A stretch of DNA of 64,000 nt, taken from the NCBI GenBank assembly GCA_963843145.1, contig CAWJJC010000006.1:64001-128000 (forward strand), in the 5' to 3' direction. The translations under genes were made by a program, and so were the position numbers. Shown one piece after another: positions 56,915-64,000 of the stretch (position 1 is its first letter; every line of letters starts with the position of its first letter). This stretch comes from an uncultured delta proteobacterium. GTDB lineage: Bacteria; Desulfobacterota; RBG-13-43-22. The notes under the pieces were generated by a model. That model ran no database searches. It had not been told where the DNA came from and saw only the letters and a program-made list of their open reading frames with translations.

Positions 56915-57250
56915 GAGATTATGCTGACACTGTCGACATAAATGACCGGGAAATGATTGAAACACTGTAACGATATTTACATCAGGAAATTTATTTGGTA
57001 GGATTGTACTACAACGGTTTTAGTTGGTAATGGATTTTCCCGTCCCAATTTGTTTCGAATGATTCGTTTTGTTGAGGTTTTCACAGTTGAAAAAATTGTC
57101 TCGACACTGTCGAGACAATTGAGCTGGAGTCATTTTGTGGAAATCATACCCCTAAAAGATCCCCTTCAAAAAAAGAAGTTGCATGAAGCGATTATCCTTG
57201 CCCGGAGCCGATTGGCCGGAGGTCAGGATTTATCCCTCCAGGAGAGATAA
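56915..57250 (+). pseudogene. DUF1016/YhcG-like remnant with a large internal deletion
   Basis: GFSRPNLFRMIRF...IVSTLSRQLSWSHF (N-terminal motif) joined directly to C-terminal-like KKKLHEAI..AR. Confidence 0.65.
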
Positions 57251-57289
57251 ATCGGTGCCGAGACCCGTACTCCCTACGGCTGATGCTTC

Positions 57290-57739
57290 ATGCCTGACTT
57301 GAAAACCGACGAAATCATTCCAGCCGATAAAGGGCTGCGAAAAAGGACGATCATCCTAATCATCGGGGTCGTTCTGGCCGCTATGATTTTGGGGCCCTAT
57401 TTGAACGGCTACCTGGCCGATCTGAGGCAGGAAGGGCAGCTCAGGCCGGAGTCGGCCTACCCCAAATTGATCACCCTGATGAAATGGGTTTTGGGGTCGG
57501 CGGCTCTCGGGATCACCCTGACCGGAGTTTACCTGTTGGTAATCGCCTTCCGGGCCCTGAAGGCCGGCCGCTACCCGCCGCCGGGCATGAAGGTGATTAA
57601 GGATACCCGGGTCAAAACCGGACGGCAGGCCAAAATAATGGCCTACCTGTTGATTTTTAATTCCGGGGCTCTCATCTTGTTGATTGGCCTGGTCCTTTTT
57701 CTTTTTATGACGATGGCGGAGAAATTGAAAATACCGTGA
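57290..57739 (+). CDS. Hypothetical three-TM membrane protein
   Basis: Three hydrophobic segments; GRYPPPGMKVIKDT motif. Confidence 0.7.
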   Translation: MPDLKTDEIIPADKGLRKRTIILIIGVVLAAMILGPYLNGYLADLRQEGQLRPESAYPKLITLMKWVLGSAALGITLTGVYLLVIAFRALKAGRYPPPGMKVIKDTRVKTGRQAKIMAYLLIFNSGALILLIGLVLFLFMTMAEKLKIP

Positions 57740-57949
57740 GGTGTTCCCTGTCTGAAAAAAACCGGCCGCGCCGGGTGGCCATCCTGATTTTTGACGAAAC
57801 GGTTTATCGACAACGGGAAGGTGATCGTCGCCGCCGGAATCTCGGCCGGAATCGACATGTCCCTTTCCGTGGTTGCCAGGCTTCTGGGAGAAGCCGAAGC
57901 CCTGAAGACCGCCCGGTACATGGAATATGATTGGAAAAGAAAAATTTAG
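57736..57949 (+). pseudogene. DJ-1/PfpI family gene with central deletion (copy 1)
   Basis: N-terminal RRVAILIFDE joined out of frame to C-terminal DNGKVIVAAGISAGIDMSL...TARYMEYDW. Confidence 0.75.
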
Positions 57950-57973
57950 GAGGGTGAAAAAGGGAGAGTTACC

Positions 57974-59421
57974 ATGGCCGACTATGATTTTGATATGGGG
58001 ATAATTGGAGGAGGGGCCGCGGGTCTGACCGTAGCCTCGGGAGCCGCCCAGTTAGGGGCCAAAACGCTGCTGGTGGAGAAGGAAAAGCATCTGGGCGGAG
58101 ATTGCCTGTACTTTGGCTGCGTGCCCAGTAAGACCTTGATCCGCAGCGCCCAGGTCTATCATTTCCTGAAAAATGCGCAAGCCTACGGACTTCCTCCGGT
58201 GGAGGCGCCGGCCGTGGATTACGGCGAGATCAGGAAAAGGATCCAGTCGGTGATCGGCACCATCCAGAAACACGATTCGGAGGAGCGCTTCTGCGGTCTC
58301 GGCGTCCAGGTGGAATTTGGAAAACCCGCTTTTATAGATGAACATTCCATCCGCTTGAACGGCGTTACCTATTCAGCCAAAATTGGGTCATTGCCAGCGG
58401 CTCTTCGCCGGGGATCCCCCGCCTGGAGGGCCTGGACCATACTCCCCACATCACCAACAAGGAGATTTTTTCTTTGGATCGTCTCCCGAAGTCCATGATC
58501 ATTTTAGGCGCCGGCCCCATCGCGATCGAAATGGCCCAGGCCTTCTGCCGCCTGGGGACAAACGTTTCCGTGATCCAGCGGAGCGGACAGATCCTCACCA
58601 AAGAGGATAAAGATTTGGCGGATGAGGTGATGCAGGTCCTGGGTTCCGAAGGAGTCACTTTCTATCTGAACACCTCGGTGGTCTCCACCAGGGACCTCGG
58701 AAATGAACGGGAAGTGGTAATCAAGGATGGAAACAAGCGGGAAATTCGACTGACCTCGGAGCAGATCCTGGTGGCCATGGGAAGGGACCCCAACCTCCAG
58801 GGGCTCGGTCTGGATCAAATCGGAGTGGTCTTTGATCGTAAAGGATTGCAGGTGGACGAGCGGTTACGAACCACCCAGAAACACATTTATGCGGCCGGCG
58901 ATGTGACCGGGGCCTTTCAGTTCACCCATGCGGCGGGCTATGAGGGCGGGATCGTTATCAGCAACGCTATTTTCCATCTGCCCCGAAAGGCCGATTACAC
59001 CTTCATGCCCTGGTGCACCTTCACCGATCCGGAACTGGCCAGCATCGGAATGAACGAGAAGAGCGCCAAAGAAGCCGGCCTGGAGTATAGCGTCTGGACG
59101 GAAACCTTTCTGGCCAATGATCGCAGCCTGGCGGAAGGGGAGCAGGTAGGCCGGATCAAGATGCTTCTGGACAAACACGAGAAACCCCTGGGGGTTCAGA
59201 TTCTCGGTCCCCAGGCCGGGGAGTTGCTGAGCGAATGGGTGGCCGTTTTAAACGGCAAGGTCAAGCTTTCCACTCTGGCCTCGGCGGTGCACCCTTACCC
59301 CACCCTGGGCGAGATCAACAAACGGGTGGCCGGGACCTTTTTCTCGCCGAAGATATTCTCGGACCGGATAAAGAAAGGACTCAAGTTCTTCTTTCATTTG
59401 AAAGGGAGGGCTTGCGGATAA
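57974..59421 (+). CDS. FAD-dependent pyridine nucleotide-disulfide oxidoreductase (dihydrolipoamide dehydrogenase/MerA-like), one frameshift at ~58380
   Basis: IGGGAAG, GGDCLYFGCVPSK, GAGPIAIE, AAGDV, FTDPE, HPYPT. Confidence 0.88.
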
Positions 59422-59547
59422 TGGAAAGCCGGGAAGCGAAGGAAACCGGCGGAAGGGCTGAAAAGGAAAAATTCAAAATCAGGGAGGACGTCGGCCAATA
59501 AAATTTGAAACCCAGTATTGCCCAATTATTTTCAAAAGGAGAAACCC

Positions 59548-60246
59548 GTGATGGACGGACCATCCCCTCTTCCGCAAGGCCGTAATAAAGCCTTGCTCAA
59601 GGCGGTCATTTTTTTGGCCTTTATTCTTTTTTCCATTTATCTGGTCCGCTTCACCCCGCTAAAGAATGTCCTCTCCCTAAAGGTGCTGGGAGCCTATTTC
59701 GACCGGGCCGGGTTTTGGGCCCCGGTGTTCTTTATCCTTTTCTATGCCGCCGGGATTTGTCTTTTTGTACCCGGAACCTTACTGACCGGGCTGGGCGCGG
59801 CGATCTTCGGGCCATACTGGGGATTCGCCTATGTCTGGATCGGCGCGATGATCGGGGCCGGCGCGGCCTTCTTTATCGGTCGGACGCTGGGTAGAGATTT
59901 TGCCGCTTCGCTGATTGGCGATAAACTCAAGAAGTATGACGAGTCTATCGAACGCCATGGGTTTGCCACCGTGCTGTACCTGCGACTGGTCTATTTCCCG
60001 TTCACGGCCATGAATTTCGGCATGGGCTTAACCAAAGTCCACTTTGGGGATTATTGGTTGGGTACGGGTTTGGGCATTCTTGTCGGGACCTTCGTGTTTA
60101 CTTTTTTTATCGGCACCTTGAAAGAAGTCTGGTCTTCGGGAAATTGGGCTGAGCTGATTTCTTTTAAGGTATTTTTTTCAATCGGACTGTTTATCTTTTC
60201 ATTTTTCATACCCAAGTTCATCAAGAAACTGCGGCAAGAACCTTGA
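59548..60246 (+). CDS. TVP38/TMEM64 (DedA/VTT) membrane protein
   Basis: PGTLLT, FFIGRTLGR, LRLVYFPF...NFGMGLT; AAGGAG RBS. Confidence 0.88.
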   Translation: MMDGPSPLPQGRNKALLKAVIFLAFILFSIYLVRFTPLKNVLSLKVLGAYFDRAGFWAPVFFILFYAAGICLFVPGTLLTGLGAAIFGPYWGFAYVWIGAMIGAGAAFFIGRTLGRDFAASLIGDKLKKYDESIERHGFATVLYLRLVYFPFTAMNFGMGLTKVHFGDYWLGTGLGILVGTFVFTFFIGTLKEVWSSGNWAELISFKVFFSIGLFIFSFFIPKFIKKLRQEP

Positions 60247-60329
60247 TCCACAAGCCCTTCTTAAAAGCCATCAAGCGTTTTTAATCCCCTACGAACGATG
60301 TTCTCTGTGGCCACGTTGCCGGGGTACCC

Positions 60330-61019
60330 ATGTTTTTTCGAAGACCGTTTAAGATTACTCTGTTCGCTGGAATCATAGCCGCCGTCCTAGCCGGTCTATT
60401 TCTACTGAGCGCCGTTTTATTCTGCGGCTTGATCCAGGGGCTCTCCTGGTGCCGATGGTGGCCCCATTTTTCCATCACCGAACTCATTGCGTTGATCAAA
60501 TCCTCTGGGTTTTGGGGAGTAGGCGCCGCTATCGGTCTCATGGTGATTCATTCTTTTGTGCCCTTTCCGGCCGAATTCGTGGCCATAGCCAATGGGATGG
60601 TCTACGGCCCGCTGTGGGGAACGGTGGTCACCTGGGTCGGGGCCATGACCGGCGCATTTTCAGCTTTCGGACTGGTGCGACTGTTGGGGCGCCCATTTGT
60701 CGACCGGATGCTGACGAAAAGGAAGATTCAGAAAGTTGACGAATGGACGGCTCGATACGGGGGAGGGATGATTTTAGTTAGCCGGTTCATCCCGGTCATC
60801 TCCTTTAACCTGATCAACTACGTGGCGGGTCTTACCCGCATTTCCTGGTGGACTTTCGCCTGGACAACCGGCCTGGGAATTCTGCCCATGACCTTGCTGA
60901 TGGTGGTCATGGGGGAGCAGATAAACAATTTGCCCTGGTGGGTCTGGCTGCTTTTACTGGCTGCCGGATTGGGAATATTGTTGCTGGTGCAACGAAGGTT
61001 TCATTCCACCGGTACTTAA
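60330..61019 (+). CDS. TVP38/TMEM64 (DedA/VTT) membrane protein
   Basis: PFPAE, GMVYGPLWG, RFIPVISFNLINYVAGLT. Confidence 0.88.
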   Translation: MFFRRPFKITLFAGIIAAVLAGLFLLSAVLFCGLIQGLSWCRWWPHFSITELIALIKSSGFWGVGAAIGLMVIHSFVPFPAEFVAIANGMVYGPLWGTVVTWVGAMTGAFSAFGLVRLLGRPFVDRMLTKRKIQKVDEWTARYGGGMILVSRFIPVISFNLINYVAGLTRISWWTFAWTTGLGILPMTLLMVVMGEQINNLPWWVWLLLLAAGLGILLLVQRRFHSTGT

Positions 61020-61122
61020 TGTATAGTGAGAATGTCACGGGGAAGATAGGGCGACGTCTCCTCTATTCTTTTTGGTTTCAAGCTCAAACTTGGCTTTCCG
61101 CCGCCGATTCAGGATAACCGCT

Positions 61123-62355
61123 ATGGCTCAAATTCGACAATGGCTTTCGCTTCTTTTGGATATCGGACTCTCGGGGCTTTTGGATATCCTCATCGTGACC
61201 TTAGTGATCTACACCTTCCTGGTAGTCCTCAAGCGAACTCGTCGTTCGGGTTTGATTTTTACCGGGATCGTTATCGTTGGGGCCATATACCTGCTGGCCC
61301 GGAAACTCAATCTCTTGCTGACGGTGGACTTGTTGCAGGGCTTTTTTGCCGTAATTCTGGTGGCCCTGATCGTCATTTTTCAGGAAGATCTACGCTTTTT
61401 TTTCGAACGGATGGCGGCCTTATGGCTGCAAAGGGGTATGCCCGGTTATAAACGGCGCCGGACCCGTCTCCCTCGCCGGGAAGTGGAAATATTGGCCCGG
61501 ACGCTGGGAGATCTGGCCCGGGGGAAAATCGGCGCGCTAATCGTCATTCGGGGAAAGGACTCGATCGCCCGGCACCTGGAAGGGGGGGAGGAAGTCGACG
61601 GGCTGATCAGCGAATCCCTGTTGAAAAGTATTTTCGACCCCCACTCACTCGGGCACGACGGCGCCGTCGTCATCGGCGGCGGCCGTATCGAGAAATTGGG
61701 TTGTCACCTGCCCCTGTCCAACAATTTCGACCGATTGCCCCGCAGCGGAACTCGTCACGCGGCCGCCCTGGGAATATCGGAACGAAGCGACGCCTTATGT
61801 ATCGTTGTTTCCGAAGAACAGGGGACCATCTCCCTTGCCAGACAGGGTGAACTTAAATCTGTTTCCACGGCCTCGGAACTGGCATCTGCTCTCGATGCCT
61901 TTTACGAAGAAATTGATCCTTCCCCAAAAACCAGGTCCTGGACGGAAACACTTCGAAAAAATCATCGGGAGAAAGCCCTGTCTTTTGGTTTGGCGGCGGT
62001 CCTCTGGATTGTCGTGGGGTATGGATCCCAAACGGTCCAACGGACTTTTGAAGTCCCGGTCCATTACGGGGCCCTCCCCGGGAACCTGCTGGTGGCCGAT
62101 ATTGATCCCGGCAAGGTCGAGGTCACCTTTTCCGGCCATCGTCGGGCCTTCGCCTTTATCCGTCCCGACGACCTTAAACTCGAACTGAACCTCTGGGATT
62201 TAGCCAAAGGGGAACACCATATTTCCATCAGCGCCCACGCCCTGTCTTTTCCTCCGGGGATGGATGTGGAGGATATTGAACCGCGCCGGGTGCGGCTGCT
62301 GATTGAGAGCAAGCCGCCGAAAAAATCACCAACCGAAAAAGAAACTAAGAATTGA
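61123..62355 (+). CDS. Diadenylate cyclase (CdaA-type DisA_N) fused to a YbbR/CdaR domain
   Basis: Three TM segments, IVIFQEDLR, GALIV, HDGAVVI, GTRHAAALG, VVSEE; C-terminal TM plus YbbR-like domain. Confidence 0.88.
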   Translation: MAQIRQWLSLLLDIGLSGLLDILIVTLVIYTFLVVLKRTRRSGLIFTGIVIVGAIYLLARKLNLLLTVDLLQGFFAVILVALIVIFQEDLRFFFERMAALWLQRGMPGYKRRRTRLPRREVEILARTLGDLARGKIGALIVIRGKDSIARHLEGGEEVDGLISESLLKSIFDPHSLGHDGAVVIGGGRIEKLGCHLPLSNNFDRLPRSGTRHAAALGISERSDALCIVVSEEQGTISLARQGELKSVSTASELASALDAFYEEIDPSPKTRSWTETLRKNHREKALSFGLAAVLWIVVGYGSQTVQRTFEVPVHYGALPGNLLVADIDPGKVEVTFSGHRRAFAFIRPDDLKLELNLWDLAKGEHHISISAHALSFPPGMDVEDIEPRRVRLLIESKPPKKSPTEKETKN

Positions 62356-62388
62356 TCTTTTTGCCTGTGCAAAAGGGATTTTTTTTTT
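62354..62388 (+). terminator. Intrinsic terminator after the diadenylate cyclase
   Basis: ATCTTTTTGC-CTGT-GCAAAAGGGAT followed by a long T run. Confidence 0.55.
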
Positions 62389-62424
62389 GAAGAAATTCTT
62401 TTGGGGCACGCAGGCCTACTTGCC

Positions 62425-63297
62425 TTAGGCCCTGGCCCGGCTGGAAAACGTAGGTAGACCCGATCGCGGGACGCCAAAAAGGAAGTCCGTGTTCTCGATC
62501 TTCGGGAGGTTGATCGGGGAGGAGTAGAGGAACGGGCCTTTGGGATCCGAAGGGTTGGAGGCGCGCATCCCGGCCAGCTTTTCCTTCTGTGGAGCAGTCA
62601 GCGTCTCGCCAACTTCCGCGAAGGCGGTAGCATAGAAATACAACATCTCGCCATCCAACTCGCCGTAGCGTTTCGACAAAGACAGCACCCTGTCCTTGTT
62701 GACGCCGGTGAGTGAAGTACTGATGGAGTAGTCCTGTTTGCCCATGGCCGGGGCGGTCTTCAGGCCGAACCCACCGAAGTACATCCCGTGTCGCTCGGGG
62801 CAGAAGTAGACATCCGCCTCCACCGAACCGGCATTCCAACTGAACAGGTCGCCGGCATAGGTTATTACGGCCACGGCCGTGCCTTGAGGCAGCCCTGGCA
62901 TCTTGCTCTTGATCTGGTCGTTCGTGATGTCAGGCCAGGAACTCCAGCCCTTCCCCTTCATGGCCTCCAGGTAGGCCTTCTGGGTGGAATCCAGGGAATT
63001 AAGGATTTTGGCATAGAGCAGGGCGCGGTTGAAGCTGATTTGGCCGTTCAGGAGGTAGATGACATTGTTGGCGATCCGGGTCAGGAAGCTGGTATTGTGG
63101 CCATGTTGTCGGGGTCGTTGTCCCGCAGGTACTGGAAGCCGGTATAGTCGGCCACCTTGCCCGGGGGGAAGAAGGACTGGGCCTCCAGGTTTCCGGTCAT
63201 CATGGCCAGGCCGGAAAAGGCCAAGGTGGTGCGCTGGGCCCCGTCGGAGAGGGTCTGGGCCAGGGTAAAGGCCGGCTGGTCCTCCGGAGCGATGATT
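62425..63297 (-). pseudogene. Degraded GC-rich hypothetical protein gene (no start, frameshift, probable deletions)
   Basis: Coding-like frames ...FFPPGKVADYTGFQYLRDNDPDNM / HNTSFLTRIANNVIYLLNG...YFCPERHGMYFGGF; frameshift near 63100. Confidence 0.55.
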
Positions 63298-63357
63298 TAA
63301 TTGACTGTAGATTCAAACAGATATAGAGTTTTGATGACCTTCAAAGAAGAAGTAGTC

Positions 63358-63821
63358 AACGGCTACCTGGCCGACCTGAGGCAGGAGGGGGAAGAAAGGC
63401 TGGAGTTGGCCTACACCAAAGTGATCGCCTGCTCATCTTTAATTCCGGGGCCATCATCCTCTTGATCGGCCTGGGCATCCGCCGGGAGATGTATAATATG
63501 GCCTTGACGGCCTGGATCCGTAGCCAGGCCGAAAGAGCGGAACTGGTCCTGTCGATTTGCACTAGGGCGCTGCTGCTGGCCAAGGCCAGCCTGCTGGACG
63601 GACTGGAGGCCACCACCCACTTCGGGGCGATCGACCTGCTCCGAGAAGTGGCTCCCCACACCCAGGTCAGTCCGGAAAAACGATTTACCGACAACGGGAA
63701 GGTCATCGTCTCGGTCGGAATCGATATGTCTCTTTATGTGGTCGTCAGGCTCCTGGGGGAAGCCGAAGCCCTGAAGACCGCCCGGTACATGGAATATGAT
63801 TGGAAGGGAATTGGTGGGTAA
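63358..63821 (+). pseudogene. Second, differently deleted copy of the membrane protein + DJ-1/PfpI module
   Basis: Fragments match 57404-57471 and 57645-57692, then DJ-1 GIRREM...SICT.ALLLA...ATTH...TARYMEYDW; 47-nt identity between 57890-57936 and 63759-63805. Confidence 0.75.
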
Positions 63822-64000
63822 AGTGTCCTTGCCCCTGACCAAACCCACTACCAGTCCTCCGTCGCCCGGACCGGCCTTATGAGGAGGGCGTCAGGGACCC
63901 GCGAGGGCAGGACCCTTGCCCGCCCAAAATGCAAGGGGCATGACCGAGCACTTTTTTAAGCCCTTCCTGCCAAGCGGAGAATTCCACGTTCACTGCGGGC

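Noticed and set aside
57974-59421. Mercury-resistance operon (merA)
   Set aside because: No merR/T/P genes, no N-terminal HMA domain and no C-terminal Cys-Cys pair.

Overview
This is a chromosomal window from a probably anaerobic deltaproteobacterium (Desulfobacterota-like; inferred from gene content). It is mostly housekeeping and metabolic genes: pyrE, namZ, rimO, polyprenyl synthase, lon-hsp20, thiDN-thiC-birA, an ETF:quinone oxidoreductase-etfBA-acyl-CoA dehydrogenase cluster, arfB, cobT under a cobalamin riboswitch, rpoZ-moaC-dksA, a wzm/wzt surface-polysaccharide locus, an RND pump, comM and a diadenylate cyclase, plus tRNA-Pro(CGG) and tRNA-Thr(CGT). The most interesting signal is non-coding. 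(1) Seven palindromically arranged AT-rich heptamer arrays (unit AATAATC/GATTATT) sit in intergenic spaces, and two of them tightly bracket a four-helix-bundle (Avd/23S-IVS-like) gene, an arrangement reminiscent of REP-RAYT systems. (2) An IS110-family element splits a ~140-bp REP-like element at a duplicated CG core and has lost its 3' end, so it reads through into a pseudo-histidine kinase. (3) A diguanylate cyclase and an HD-GYP phosphodiesterase share a very similar PAS-PAS input and the same leader: RBS, 2-4-codon mini-ORF, then an intrinsic terminator. There are also a 32-bp-TIR MITE, several deletion-scarred pseudogenes, and clustered frameshifts that look like sequencing indels. All family assignments come from motif recognition by eye; no database searches were run.
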